Assembly: GCA_023264015.1 (NCBI GenBank)
Contig: JALQTJ010000004.1
Coordinates: 804-64,803, forward strand
Reading direction: 5' to 3'
Source: Flavobacteriaceae bacterium
GTDB taxonomy: Bacteria > Bacteroidota > Bacteroidia > Flavobacteriales > Flavobacteriaceae
Length of the DNA stretch: 64,000 nucleotides
The position numbers and the translations under genes are program-made. Below the pieces are notes generated by a model. That model searched no databases, was not told the DNA's origin, and saw only the letters and a list, made by a program, of their open reading frames with translations. Of this stretch, positions 46,559-57,250 are shown piece after piece (position 1 is the stretch's first letter; every line of letters begins with the position of its first letter).

Positions 46559-47529
46559 AGTGCGGCTGAAGCCTTGATCAAAAGATCTCTGGTCGCTTTT
46601 ATTCCTTCGATTTCAGAGAGGCGACTGCCTTCATATTCTACCCCAATGAATCCGTCGTATCCGTTTTCTTTGGCGATCTGAAGCATACGCGTGTAATCGA
46701 TAAAGGTTTCGTTTCCGTTCTCATCAAAGTCATTTGATTTGGCGCTCAATGCCATGGCTTTTGGCATCATTTCAGAAACCCCTTGGTAGATGTCATAGAC
46801 CTCGGCGCAGCTTCCGTCAAACACAGAACCGTAACCTTCTTCGGCAATACAGAAGTTTCCGAAATCAGGCAACGTGCCACAATTTTCTGCATCAACTCCA
46901 TTGATTACCTCCATAAGTGCAGCGGCATTTGAGCTGATACGTCCGTGATTTTCTACCAATACATTGATCCCTTTTGGAGCTGCGTAAGCCGAAAGTGCTG
47001 AAAGGCTTGCAATAGAATTGGCCTTCCATAGCTCGGGATCTTTTTCTCCGTATAAGTTAAGACGTACAGCAGAGCAACCCATATCAGAGGCAGCATCAAT
47101 CCAGAGTTTATGATTTTCTATGGCTTCAGCTCTGGCATCGGCATCTGAGGTAGAAAGTGCGCCCTCACCATCGATCATAATCAGTACATTGGTTAATCCG
47201 TATTCAGCTGCTAGTGCATTATTTTTAGCCACAAATTCAGCGACTGCAGCAGGCTTGTCTTCGGCTCTAACCACATCGGTGTAGAGTTGATTCACATACT
47301 CTAGGCCCGAAAACCCGAGTTCGTGTGCCTGCTTTGCAAAGTCGTAAGGAGACATCTCTCCAGAGCGTATGGCCTTGTGCAACGACCATTGAGCAAGTGA
47401 AAGTTTTACTTCGCTTTTCGATTCAGTTGCTGCGGCGGTTTCAGCCGACTGTTTTGGAGCTTGATTGCAGCTTAGCAGTATTATTGAGGCCGCTACAAAC
47501 GCTACCCCTTTTAGATTGAATGTTCGCAT
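46555..47529 (-). CDS. xylose-isomerase-like TIM-barrel protein (sugar phosphate isomerase/epimerase family), lipoprotein
   Basis: 324-aa ORF with lipobox ILLSCNQ. LSLAQWSLHKAI, VRLNLYGE, VLVENHG and IGVEYEG are the metal-ligand strand ends of the AP-endonuclease-2/TIM family. Confidence 0.7.
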   Translation of the reverse strand: MRTFNLKGVAFVAASIILLSCNQAPKQSAETAAATESKSEVKLSLAQWSLHKAIRSGEMSPYDFAKQAHELGFSGLEYVNQLYTDVVRAEDKPAAVAEFVAKNNALAAEYGLTNVLIMIDGEGALSTSDADARAEAIENHKLWIDAASDMGCSAVRLNLYGEKDPELWKANSIASLSALSAYAAPKGINVLVENHGRISSNAAALMEVINGVDAENCGTLPDFGNFCIAEEGYGSVFDGSCAEVYDIYQGVSEMMPKAMALSAKSNDFDENGNETFIDYTRMLQIAKENGYDGFIGVEYEGSRLSEIEGIKATRDLLIKASAAL

Positions 47530-47567
47530 AGTTTACCTTTTTTTGGATCAAAAAATTACGGAATATT

Positions 47568-49778
47568 TTAAAGCGCTCTAGCGAGCTCTCCAAGAAAATC
47601 AATCATTGCATTGTAATCTGAGACACGATACTGTGCGGCGGTTGCCTTGGCCCCTACTTTAATACTCACACTGCTAGAGGGCAGGTAGGTGAACATGTCT
47701 TCATCGGTGACGTCATCTCCGGCAGCGAGCACAAAATCATAACTTGAGCTGTTGTAGCGTTCTATAGATGCGGTACCCTTGTTGACACTGCTACTAACCA
47801 CCTCAATGATCTTATCGCCATTCATCAAGTGAACCTCATTCGAGACCATACTTCTCAACGTCGTTTTAAGCTCTTCTGACTTAATGATTCCGAGTTCAGG
47901 ATCTGTTTTTCGATAATGCCACACCAACGCATTTTTCTTCACCTCAACAAAGGTTCCTGGGGTATTATCTGCAAACTGTTGCATCACCGGTAGCACATGC
48001 GCGATCCACTCATCGCTACTCATGTTTTTCTCTTTCCATTCTGCGCCGCCCTTGAGACGTGTCAAATGCCCGTGTTCAGCAATAAGGTCTATGGGGAGGT
48101 GCCCAAAATGTTTTTCTAAAAAATCAGGCGGACGCCCGCTGATTACAGCAATATGTGTTGCAGGGTCTTCACTTAGCTTTTGAAGAATAGAAAGCACTTC
48201 TGCACTCGGAATAGCTTTTTGGTGATTGACATGAAATCCGGTCAATGTGCCATCATAATCCAAGAGCAACAGGCGTTCCTTTGAAGCCTTAAAGGCTTGA
48301 ATAAGCTGTTCTTTTTGTTTGGTTCTAATGCGTACCGTGTGTTCTTCTGGGGCGCGATCTGCGATGCGATTGAGCTCTTCCATAAAACGCTTTGACCACT
48401 CGTGTACATCATAGCGGCGAATCCGTTCACGCATGGGGCGGTTGCGTTCGATCTGTTCTTCTTCACTCATCTCGACCGCCTCGTGAATGGCTTCAGATAG
48501 CGCAAAAGTATCGAACGGATTCACCAATAGAGCGTGATGCAGTTCTTTTGAGGCTCCGGCTAATTCGCTTAGAATAAGAACGCCTTTTGAATCGAGTTTG
48601 GTGGCCAAGAATTCTTTGGCTACTAGATTCATTCCATCTCTCAGCGGGGTGACCATAGCCACCTCACAGCCTTTGTACAAATCAATGAGGTCGTCAAAAT
48701 CGAAAGAGCGGTAATAATACCATATGGGCGTCCAGTTCACTGTTGAATACATACCATTGACTCGTCCGATACTTTCATCTGTCTTTTTCTTGAGCGCCTT
48801 GTAGTGCGACACTTCGGATCGAGAAGGAACGATAACCATAACCAGTCTGATCTTTTCGTGGTATGCTGGATAGCGCTTGAGAAAGAGTTCAAAAGCTTCA
48901 ATGCGATTAAGGATTCCTTTGGTGTAATCAAGGCGATCAATCGAAAGGATGAGTTTTCCATTGGACTGGGCGCGGTGCGAGGTAAACTGCTTACGCATCT
49001 CTGAGAAATCACTTGGGTGCTTTTCATCGTGCTCTTTAGACACTGCCTCAAACTTCTCGGTGTCAATCCCCATCGGAAAAGTGTTGACGATCACCTCTCG
49101 ACCTCTATCGTTAATCGTATTGAAGTTGACCTCGAGGTGAAGAATACGTTTGACTGAACTCACAAAATGCCGCTGGTAATCGTAGGTGTGAAATCCGATG
49201 AGATCAGCGCCCATAAGTCCGCGCAACACCTCTTGTCGCTTCGGAAATATTCTGAAAATTTCAAACGACGGAAAAGGGATGTGCAAAAAGAACCCAATGG
49301 TGACATCTTGAATCTTTTGGCGGATCAAATCCGGAACCAACAACAATTGATAATCGTGTACCCAAACCGTGTCTCCGGGTTGTACCTCTTCAACCACAGC
49401 CTGAGCAAACTGCTCATTGACCTGCTTGTAGGCCTCCCATTGGTTGTCGTCAAAAACAACATTTTGTTTGAAATAATGAAATAAGGGCCAAATCGATTTG
49501 TTCGAAAGCCCGAGGTAGAAATCTTCTACTTGCTCTTGATCGAGGTGCACAGGCTTAAAGTTCATGTCCCCTAAAGATGCCTTGACCTCGTCTAACTGAG
49601 CAGCCTCAAGCTCTTCTTTTGGAACTCCAGGCCAACCGATCCACAAGGCATTGCCACTTTCGTGAACACTCTTGAGTCCGGTTGCCAATCCGCCACTTGT
49701 AGGGCTAAAAACTATGGATTGTTCATTTTTTTCAACTTTTAGCGGTAATCGGTTCGAAACAATGACAATTTTTTTCAA
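47568..49778 (-). CDS. bifunctional trehalose-6-phosphate synthase (GT20) / trehalose-6-phosphate phosphatase (HAD) fusion
   Basis: 736-aa ORF. The N-terminal part has [21 protein letters not shown] and DGMNLVAKE (OtsA). The C-terminal part has the HAD motifs [10 protein letters not shown] and [11 protein letters not shown] (OtsB). Confidence 0.9.
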   Translation of the reverse strand: MKKIVIVSNRLPLKVEKNEQSIVFSPTSGGLATGLKSVHESGNALWIGWPGVPKEELEAAQLDEVKASLGDMNFKPVHLDQEQVEDFYLGLSNKSIWPLFHYFKQNVVFDDNQWEAYKQVNEQFAQAVVEEVQPGDTVWVHDYQLLLVPDLIRQKIQDVTIGFFLHIPFPSFEIFRIFPKRQEVLRGLMGADLIGFHTYDYQRHFVSSVKRILHLEVNFNTINDRGREVIVNTFPMGIDTEKFEAVSKEHDEKHPSDFSEMRKQFTSHRAQSNGKLILSIDRLDYTKGILNRIEAFELFLKRYPAYHEKIRLVMVIVPSRSEVSHYKALKKKTDESIGRVNGMYSTVNWTPIWYYYRSFDFDDLIDLYKGCEVAMVTPLRDGMNLVAKEFLATKLDSKGVLILSELAGASKELHHALLVNPFDTFALSEAIHEAVEMSEEEQIERNRPMRERIRRYDVHEWSKRFMEELNRIADRAPEEHTVRIRTKQKEQLIQAFKASKERLLLLDYDGTLTGFHVNHQKAIPSAEVLSILQKLSEDPATHIAVISGRPPDFLEKHFGHLPIDLIAEHGHLTRLKGGAEWKEKNMSSDEWIAHVLPVMQQFADNTPGTFVEVKKNALVWHYRKTDPELGIIKSEELKTTLRSMVSNEVHLMNGDKIIEVVSSSVNKGTASIERYNSSSYDFVLAAGDDVTDEDMFTYLPSSSVSIKVGAKATAAQYRVSDYNAMIDFLGELARAL

Positions 49779-49809
49779 CTTGGGATAGTACGATTTAAAG
49801 GGTTGGGTT

Positions 49810-51594
49810 ATGCATTCAGATAATTTACATTACGGCATTATAGGTAACGGTGCTTCAGGTGCTCTGATTTCAAAAGAGGGCGCCATTGATTGGCTGTGTC
49901 TTCCTCATTTTGCCTCTCCCTCTGTATTCGGAAGGATCTTAGATCCAAAAGCCGGATGGCTCGGCATTAAAACCGCACAAGATGTCGCAATTCAACAATC
50001 TTACATTGAAAGTACAAATATTTTAAAGACTGTATTTGAGACGGAGGCCTGGGCCTTTGAGCTCTTAGATTTCATGCCGCGCTACCAGAAAGTGTCTGGA
50101 ACGTACTACTATCCGCCTGAACTCACGCGAATCATTAAGCCTCTCAGAGGTGTTCCTGAGATTCAGATTGAATACCATCCGGCCTTAGAGTATGCCAAAG
50201 GACACACCGTAACCCATCACAAAGGCTCACACCTCATCAGCATTCTCGAAAACGACACCCAATACGATGCCTTGTATTGCTATTCAAGCCTTGAACTTCA
50301 TACCATTTTAGATCAAGAAGTTGTTCGCGTAGAAGAAGACTTCTTTCTCACCGTGTCTTATAACGAAAAGCTCGAAAAGCCCACAATAGAAAAAGCTTGG
50401 TACGATTTTGATCTGACTAAGGCCTACTGGTTGAATTGGGTACAGCGGACTAAAGACTACCAAGAATACGCAGAAGAAATTAAAAGGAGTGCCCTAACCC
50501 TTAAGCTGCTCTCTTACGACAAAACCGGCGCTATCATTGCTGCCTTGACTACCTCGCTGCCTGAGACGATCGGAGAAGTTCGCAACTGGGATTACCGCTT
50601 TTGCTGGATCCGCGATTCATCAATGGTGATCAAAGTACTTTCGCAATTAGGTCATCGCAAGATCGTGCGCAGATTTATCGATTACATCATCGATCTCATC
50701 CCTGAAAAAGACGAGAAGCTACAGATCATGTATGGTATTCATGGAGAGCGTATTTTGACCGAAGAAACGCTGGAACATCTCGAAGGCTATCATCAATCGA
50801 AGCCTGTACGCATTGGCAACGATGCCTATCACCAAAAACAGAATGACATCTACGGCATCTTAATGGATGCCATTTATGTAGAACTCGAGCAATTCTCTCT
50901 TGACTTCGAGCGCAAAGAAGAATTGTGGGAGGTGGTAAAAAACATCGTATGGATCGTTGCGCACAACTGGGAGAAGCCTGATAAGGGTATTTGGGAATTT
51001 AGAGGCGAAGACAAGCACTTTACCTTCTCAAAGGTGCTTTGCTGGGTGGCCCTAGACAGAGCTATTAAAATTGCCAAGCTGCTGAATAAAGAGAAACCGA
51101 AATGGAACAGTATAAGAGATCGTATTAAAGAGCAGATCGAAGCACAAGCCTGGAATTCAGAGGTGAATGCCTACACTCAATATTATGGTGCCAAAGCATT
51201 GGATGCTTCTGTCTTACTCATGGAACAATACGGATTCATCGCCCCGAAAGATCCTCGATTCGTTGCCACCGTAAAAGCCACAGAAAAGGAGTTGTTGAGA
51301 GACGGGCTCATGTACCGCTACAAGAACGAAGACGACTTCGGAGAACCCTCTTCATCTTTCACTATCTGTACGTTTTGGTTTATTCGAAGTCTCATTAAGA
51401 TTGGCGAGGTTGAAAAGGCCAAAAGCCACTTTGAGCAACTCTTGTCGTATTCCAATCACCTCGGATTGTTCAGCGAAGACATTGATTTTAACTCAAAGAG
51501 ATTGCTCGGAAACTTTCCTCAAGCTTACTCTCATCTCGCACTGATCGATACCGCGATTCAATTCAATGAAACGTCAAGCAAAGCACCGCATTGA
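49810..51594 (+). CDS. glycoside hydrolase family 15 (glucoamylase/trehalase-like)
   Basis: 594-aa ORF with the N-terminal YGIIGNGASGALISKEGAIDWLCLPHF block, plus WDYRFCWIRDSS and FTICTFWFI blocks characteristic of bacterial GH15. Confidence 0.85.
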   Translation: MHSDNLHYGIIGNGASGALISKEGAIDWLCLPHFASPSVFGRILDPKAGWLGIKTAQDVAIQQSYIESTNILKTVFETEAWAFELLDFMPRYQKVSGTYYYPPELTRIIKPLRGVPEIQIEYHPALEYAKGHTVTHHKGSHLISILENDTQYDALYCYSSLELHTILDQEVVRVEEDFFLTVSYNEKLEKPTIEKAWYDFDLTKAYWLNWVQRTKDYQEYAEEIKRSALTLKLLSYDKTGAIIAALTTSLPETIGEVRNWDYRFCWIRDSSMVIKVLSQLGHRKIVRRFIDYIIDLIPEKDEKLQIMYGIHGERILTEETLEHLEGYHQSKPVRIGNDAYHQKQNDIYGILMDAIYVELEQFSLDFERKEELWEVVKNIVWIVAHNWEKPDKGIWEFRGEDKHFTFSKVLCWVALDRAIKIAKLLNKEKPKWNSIRDRIKEQIEAQAWNSEVNAYTQYYGAKALDASVLLMEQYGFIAPKDPRFVATVKATEKELLRDGLMYRYKNEDDFGEPSSSFTICTFWFIRSLIKIGEVEKAKSHFEQLLSYSNHLGLFSEDIDFNSKRLLGNFPQAYSHLALIDTAIQFNETSSKAPH

Positions 51595-52874
51595 TTGAGG
51601 TATTCTAGCTCGGCTAGTTTCGCAGAAAACTTCGCCTGAACTCCTGTGAGTTCGGCATTGAGCAAGTTGATTTGCGCCTGACGCAATTCAATAGAAGTGA
51701 TTTGACCCAGTTCAAATTGGTTGGTAGAACGTTCAAAATTGTCCTTAGCCGTGACCACATTCTCTTGCTGTAGGCGGTATACCTCTATAGCGTTGCGATA
51801 CGCTCCTTCAGCATTCAATAGGTCTCTTAGTACCTCTTGTTCGATTTGCTTTTCTTGAAGCTCGGTAGATTCAAGCGCGATTTTCGCATTCTTAATTCCG
51901 ACCTGTTGAGCCCCTTGGCCGAACAAGTTCCAATTAAGAGTCAGCCCGGCAGACAAACCCGTGGCCTGACTTGAAGCCAAGAACCCGGTAGCCGGAAATA
52001 CCCCTTCATTATACCCGTATCCTGAACTCACAGAAAGCGTCGGAAATAAAGTAGATCGTTGTGCTTTTAAGTTTAAGGTGTTAATCTTCTCGTTCGAACG
52101 CACCTGAAGAAGTCGAACATTTTTCGAAGCATAAGACTCGCGCTTTTCGCGCAGCACGGCCTCATCTACAAAGCGAACCATAGGGTTCACACTAAAATCG
52201 GTTTCAAGCTCACGCGCCATGATGACATTCAAGTTGCGTTTTGCATTGGTAAGCGACTGACGCTGCTGAATAAGATTAATGCTGTCTGTGTTGAGATCAA
52301 CTTTAGCATTGAGTAGCTCTAAACGCGTTGAAGAACCGAATTCAAAGCGCTTTTCTGCCCGCTGAACTCGACGTTTCGAGTTCTCAAAGGTTTGATTTAA
52401 AATTCGGACTCCTTCTTCTAGTCGTGCCACCTCGTAGTAGGCTGAAAAAAGTTGCAACACGGTTTGCTCAATCGTCTGGCGAACTCCAAGTGATGAAAGG
52501 GCATATTGCTCCTTCAGGCGCTTGTAGTTGTAAAGACGTCCTAGACCGTCAAATAGGGTGACGTTCATATTGATAGAGGCATTGTATCTCGTAGTCTCTG
52601 CGCCGTCAATTACACGGGTTTGTCCGTCTTGAAAGGTAGCCTCTTGATTGTCTATAGCAATGTTAGCCCCAGAGGTTGCCGAGAGGGTCGGAAGAAAGCG
52701 ACTATTTAAAAGTGATGCATTGTTCTTCGCCTGAGCTTCATCATTTTTTGAAACTAGAATGCCAAAATTATTCTCAAGTGTTGTCGCCATCGCATCGTCT
52801 GGCTGTAAAACCTCTTGAGCACTTGCGACACCTGTGGTCAGTGAGATGAAAAGAAGTAAGCGTAATCTATTCAT
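51558..52874 (-). CDS. TolC-family outer-membrane efflux channel
   Basis: Signal peptide from MNRLRLLLFISLTTGVASAQ (ATG at 52872-52874, 8-nt overlap with the RND stop). It has two repeated coiled-coil/beta halves typical of TolC/OprM. Confidence 0.8.
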   Translation of the reverse strand: MNRLRLLLFISLTTGVASAQEVLQPDDAMATTLENNFGILVSKNDEAQAKNNASLLNSRFLPTLSATSGANIAIDNQEATFQDGQTRVIDGAETTRYNASINMNVTLFDGLGRLYNYKRLKEQYALSSLGVRQTIEQTVLQLFSAYYEVARLEEGVRILNQTFENSKRRVQRAEKRFEFGSSTRLELLNAKVDLNTDSINLIQQRQSLTNAKRNLNVIMARELETDFSVNPMVRFVDEAVLREKRESYASKNVRLLQVRSNEKINTLNLKAQRSTLFPTLSVSSGYGYNEGVFPATGFLASSQATGLSAGLTLNWNLFGQGAQQVGIKNAKIALESTELQEKQIEQEVLRDLLNAEGAYRNAIEVYRLQQENVVTAKDNFERSTNQFELGQITSIELRQAQINLLNAELTGVQAKFSAKLAELEYLNQCGALLDVSLN

Positions 52875-55800
52875 GAGATTGTAATTCTTTAACTGCGCGT
52901 TCAACAGATTCACGCGTTGGTTTTACTCCAGTAAGTAGCCATTTCAGCTGAACCTTGAATGAATTGCTAAACATTAAGAAAAGCGGTAGCATCACAAGAG
53001 TGAGTACCGTGGCATAACCGATTCCATAGGCGATAGCGACAGCCATTGGCTTCAGAAACTGAGCCTGCCTACTTTTCTCTAAAAGAAGCGGGGCCAAACC
53101 GGCGATCGTCGTCACCGAGGTCAAGAAAATCGCTCTAAAGCGAGACCTACCGGCTTCAAAGAGTGCCTTTTCGAAACGCATTCCTGACTTCAGATTAGTG
53201 TTGAACTTACCGATGAGTACCAAGCCATCATTCACCATGATCCCGATAAGGGCAATGATTCCGAGCAGCGATAAGATATTCAACGGGAATCCGTGAATCT
53301 TATGACCCCATCCCACCGCTGTAATACTGAACGGAACAAGCATCAGAAGCAAAAAGGGCTGAGAGAAACTTCTAAAGGTAAATGAGATGGTTACGAAGAT
53401 GAGAAAGAGCGCCGTGAACCCAACCAATCTTAGAGAGTCTACCAATTTTCCGGCCTCTCTATTTTGTCCCTCATAAGATGGCGTGACGGTAGGGTAGCGC
53501 GCCGTAATATCAGGCATGACCTCTGAACGTATCCATTCAAGGATCTCGGTGGGCGTAGTCTCATCTGGATTGTCGAGGTCGGCATTAATCTGAATCTCAC
53601 GTTGTCCATCTAGGTGATTAATGGCCACATCTCCGCGTTCGATAGAATAGGTGGCGATTTCTTTAAGCGGAACCTTGTCTCCTGTTGGCGTGCTGATGCG
53701 CATCTCATCTAGGTCTACGATAGACGAACGGTTGTCGCGATCGTAACGCACCCATACGCGAATCTCATCTTGACCGCGTTGAAAACGCAAGGCCTGGGCC
53801 CCAAAGAATCCTGAGCGCACCTGATTCATAATGGTGCGTAGATCCAGCCCCAGCAGATAGGCGCTTTCTTTGAGTTCAAGTCGAATCTCTTTGATTCCTG
53901 AGGGATCATTATCGGCCACATCTTTCAATAAACCATTATCGAGCATTGCGGTCTTCAGTTGCTCTTTAGCCGCCTTTAGCTCTTCGATATTGTTTCCGAG
54001 TAAGGATACACTCACTGGTGATCCTCCGAAGTTTCCTCCAGAACCAAATACAAGACTCTCTACACCTAAAACAGGTCCGACCAGTTCTCGAATTCGGGCC
54101 GTAACCATGTTTGAGCGAATGGCATCAGGCCGTTCTTCTCCGGGTAATAAGTTGATTTGTAAACTCGCAGCCGAAGAACCCGGCCCTACGCGACGAATCG
54201 TGTTTTCGTAGAGCTCTTTACCGGTTCCTTTAAGATACGTTTCTGTAAATTCATCATTGACAATAAGAGCCTTCTGTTCGATCATTCTAATGATCGAGTC
54301 GGTAATCTTTTCATTGGTTCCGTTCGGCATTTGCAGTGTGATGCTCACCTGATCCGAAGCAATCCTAGGAAAGAATGCAGTCTGAATAATTCCTCCACCA
54401 ATCGATCCGAAAGTGGTGATCAATAAGGCAATGAATAGCATTACGGTAAAAAACGAATTGCGCATTGAGAATCTCAAGAAAGGGCTGTAGACTTCATCTC
54501 GCATCCATACCATAGCACGATCTCCCATTTTATTGATGACACGCATTCTAGCGAAACCCTTACCGATTAAACTGGTGGGATCGGTTTGTGGCTTTAACGC
54601 TTTAGAGTGAGCCAAGTGAGACGGGAGAATGATCAAGGCTTCTACCAAAGAAACCACCAAGGTCAAGATCACAATCACTGAAACTTCTGAGAAGAATTCA
54701 CCGATCCGCCCATCTAAAAAGAGTAAGATTCCAAAGGCCAAAACAGTGGTTAAGATCGCAGACACAATAGGCGGAATCACCTCAAGGGTTCCGTCTATAG
54801 CCGCTCTAACCGGGCTTTTTCCTTTTTCATAATGCTGATAAATATTTTCGGCAATCACGATCCCGTCATCGACCAAAATACCGATCACGATGATCATTCC
54901 GAATAAAGAGAGTACGTTGATCGTAACTCCGGCGAATGGGGCCACCACAAACATTCCCAAGAAGGCCACAGGCAGTCCGAAGGCCACCCAAAAGGCCAAT
55001 CTCGTATTCAAGAAAAGCGACAAGAATACCAAAACCAAGATCATTCCCATGATGGCATTCTCGGTGAGTAATTCTGTTCGCTGAACGAGTGTTGTAGATA
55101 AGTCGTTTACCACATCGAGTCTTGCATTCGAAGAGCGGGCGTTAAAGTCTTCGATGTATGCTTTTACAGCCTCAGCAGAACCCAAAAGGTCTTCAGTGTT
55201 GGTTGAGGTCACTGTTACGGTAATCGCTCGATTTTCATTAAAGTAAGTGGCGTTTGGCGTCTCTGAGAAACGATCGCGTACACGTGCAATGTCTGAAAGC
55301 AACAACTTACGGCCGTCAGGAAGCGCTTTGACTACTATAGAAGAAAGTTCATCGGCATAATACAGTCGATTATTGGCGCGGATGAGGTATTCTTCTGAGT
55401 CGGTTTTAATCGTACCTCCTGTAATTAAAAGATTACTAGAAGCCACCTTCTGTGCAACTTCGCTAAAACTTATGTTGTACGCGAGCAGTTGGTCTTCATC
55501 TAAGGCAATTTCAATCTCCTCGTCTGGATAACCTGTCACCTCAATCTGAGAAATGCCAGGGATAGCCCTTAAGTCATTCTCGACTTGTCGGCCGATTTGC
55601 TTTAATACTGATAAAGGAATAGACTCTCCGCTGATGGCAAAACTAATGGTCTGTCTAACCACTTCTTGCTTGGCCACCACAAGAGGCTCCATTCCGGTCG
55701 GATAGTTCGGAACACGGTCTACCGCATTCTTCACTTCGAGCAACATAAAATCAATGTCGCGACCCTTCTCGATCTCTACGTTAATGCTTCCGGAATTTTC

Positions 55801-56058
55801 TCTAGAGGTAGAGGTGACACGGTCAATGCCCTGCAACCCTTTAAGATTGTCTTCAATCTTTAACACTACTCCTTCTTCAATTTCTTGCGGAGAGGCTCCC
55901 GGGTAGACCACCGAGATGAGTATGTTTTTAGACTCAGACAACGGAAAGAAAGACGAGCGCAACGAGAAGGCCCCGATCAACCCAAACAGAACAAAGGCGA
56001 TGATAACGATGTTCACCGCCACCTCGTACTTTATAAAATATTCAATTACTTTCTTCAT
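52867..56058 (-). CDS. RND efflux transporter permease (AcrB-like)
   Basis: 1063-aa ORF with 12 TM helices and two large periplasmic loops. Conserved blocks include GILVDDGIVIAENI and GIMVNDGLVLI in TM4 and TM10. Confidence 0.9.
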   Translation of the reverse strand: MKKVIEYFIKYEVAVNIVIIAFVLFGLIGAFSLRSSFFPLSESKNILISVVYPGASPQEIEEGVVLKIEDNLKGLQGIDRVTSTSRENSGSINVEIEKGRDIDFMLLEVKNAVDRVPNYPTGMEPLVVAKQEVVRQTISFAISGESIPLSVLKQIGRQVENDLRAIPGISQIEVTGYPDEEIEIALDEDQLLAYNISFSEVAQKVASSNLLITGGTIKTDSEEYLIRANNRLYYADELSSIVVKALPDGRKLLLSDIARVRDRFSETPNATYFNENRAITVTVTSTNTEDLLGSAEAVKAYIEDFNARSSNARLDVVNDLSTTLVQRTELLTENAIMGMILVLVFLSLFLNTRLAFWVAFGLPVAFLGMFVVAPFAGVTINVLSLFGMIIVIGILVDDGIVIAENIYQHYEKGKSPVRAAIDGTLEVIPPIVSAILTTVLAFGILLFLDGRIGEFFSEVSVIVILTLVVSLVEALIILPSHLAHSKALKPQTDPTSLIGKGFARMRVINKMGDRAMVWMRDEVYSPFLRFSMRNSFFTVMLFIALLITTFGSIGGGIIQTAFFPRIASDQVSITLQMPNGTNEKITDSIIRMIEQKALIVNDEFTETYLKGTGKELYENTIRRVGPGSSAASLQINLLPGEERPDAIRSNMVTARIRELVGPVLGVESLVFGSGGNFGGSPVSVSLLGNNIEELKAAKEQLKTAMLDNGLLKDVADNDPSGIKEIRLELKESAYLLGLDLRTIMNQVRSGFFGAQALRFQRGQDEIRVWVRYDRDNRSSIVDLDEMRISTPTGDKVPLKEIATYSIERGDVAINHLDGQREIQINADLDNPDETTPTEILEWIRSEVMPDITARYPTVTPSYEGQNREAGKLVDSLRLVGFTALFLIFVTISFTFRSFSQPFLLLMLVPFSITAVGWGHKIHGFPLNILSLLGIIALIGIMVNDGLVLIGKFNTNLKSGMRFEKALFEAGRSRFRAIFLTSVTTIAGLAPLLLEKSRQAQFLKPMAVAIAYGIGYATVLTLVMLPLFLMFSNSFKVQLKWLLTGVKPTRESVERAVKELQSHE

Positions 56059-56071
56059 AAGTGGCTTTCGC

Positions 56072-57184
56072 TTAAGGGGCTATGACTTGAACAGGCATGT
56101 TTTTTTGAGCACCAGGAAGAGGTTTATCTAGTAATACCTCTCCTTCACTCACCCCTTGAACGATGACTGTATTTTCATTAAAGTGAACCGGGTTGACCGA
56201 AACAAGGTCTAATACCCCATCGCGGATGACAAACAATTCGTTTGAGTCTAGCAAGAGGCTTCGATCTACCTCAATTGCTTGCTCAACCGATTGAACTTCC
56301 ATTACGGTTCTCAGATACTGTCCTTCTTTAAGAATATCACTGCTGATAGCGACAAAAACCGAAATCATTTGTGTTTCTTGATCAATGGCCGGATTAACGC
56401 GCACCACTTTTCCTTCAAAATGCTGAGCTTGATCTAGCGTAGATAGCTCAACAGATTTTCCTAATGCTACGAAGGACGCATACGAGGCAGCAATTGGGAT
56501 TTCGATCTCAAACTGTTTCCCCTCGATAAAGGTCCCCAAGTTCTGACCTGATCGAACCAGCGTTCCTTCAGTTACTGTAGCCGCTGATAAGGCTCCGTCA
56601 AAAGGAGCGCGGATCACAAATTTCGAAAGGCGCGTCTCGAGATTCACCACATTGTAATAGGCATTCACAATTCCTCTTCCTGAGATGAAAAAGCGCTCTT
56701 TCTCAGAATCAAAATCCGGAAGTTGAGGGGTGGGCGCATTCAGGTCAAATGAAGAAACATAGGTCTTCCATTTCTCGTATACCTCCGGAAAATCCAAGGC
56801 AATATCGGCCAAGGTAGTACTTAGGGTATTTAAGAAATTACTCTTCGCCGACTGTACTGATGCGCGAAACTCAGTAGCATCTATGGCTATAATGGTGTCG
56901 TTTTTACGGTAGGTTTGTCCTGCTCTAAAGGCACGGTCTTTTAGAAGCAATACTCCCTGCACTTCTGAAAACAATTCAACGCGTCGTTTGGCGACTAGTC
57001 GTCCATTACTCGTAAGCTTAACGGGTAGCGTCTGAAGGTTGGCTTCGCGTGCAAAAACAGATTTAACCGTTTTGGGCACCGTTATTTGAGGCCGCTTGTT
57101 CGAACTGACTAGTTGAGAAGCGAGAAAGATGGCGGCAACCACCAAAACTACTCCTGCGAGCGTCAAAATAATTTTTCGGTTCAT
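56072..57184 (-). CDS. RND efflux periplasmic adaptor (membrane fusion protein)
   Basis: N-terminal anchor MNRKIILTLAGVVLVVAAIFLA (ATG at 57182-57184), followed by lipoyl, beta-barrel and MP domains typical of the HlyD_D23 family. The track start at 57256 adds 24 non-conserved residues and overlaps a promoter-like element. Confidence 0.8.
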   Translation of the reverse strand: MNRKIILTLAGVVLVVAAIFLASQLVSSNKRPQITVPKTVKSVFAREANLQTLPVKLTSNGRLVAKRRVELFSEVQGVLLLKDRAFRAGQTYRKNDTIIAIDATEFRASVQSAKSNFLNTLSTTLADIALDFPEVYEKWKTYVSSFDLNAPTPQLPDFDSEKERFFISGRGIVNAYYNVVNLETRLSKFVIRAPFDGALSAATVTEGTLVRSGQNLGTFIEGKQFEIEIPIAASYASFVALGKSVELSTLDQAQHFEGKVVRVNPAIDQETQMISVFVAISSDILKEGQYLRTVMEVQSVEQAIEVDRSLLLDSNELFVIRDGVLDLVSVNPVHFNENTVIVQGVSEGEVLLDKPLPGAQKNMPVQVIAP

Positions 57185-57250
57185 TCGTGATAGTTTAAAG
57201 GTCTGAAGACGATGAGCGTGGTCATTTTTTTTCTTCCACGCTGCAAAGCT

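Noticed and set aside
47535-47552. AT-rich near-palindrome tttttggatcaaaaa between the TIM-barrel gene and the otsAB gene.
   Set aside because: The stem would be almost entirely A-T pairs with a central mismatch. It is too weak for a terminator and has no supporting context for an operator.
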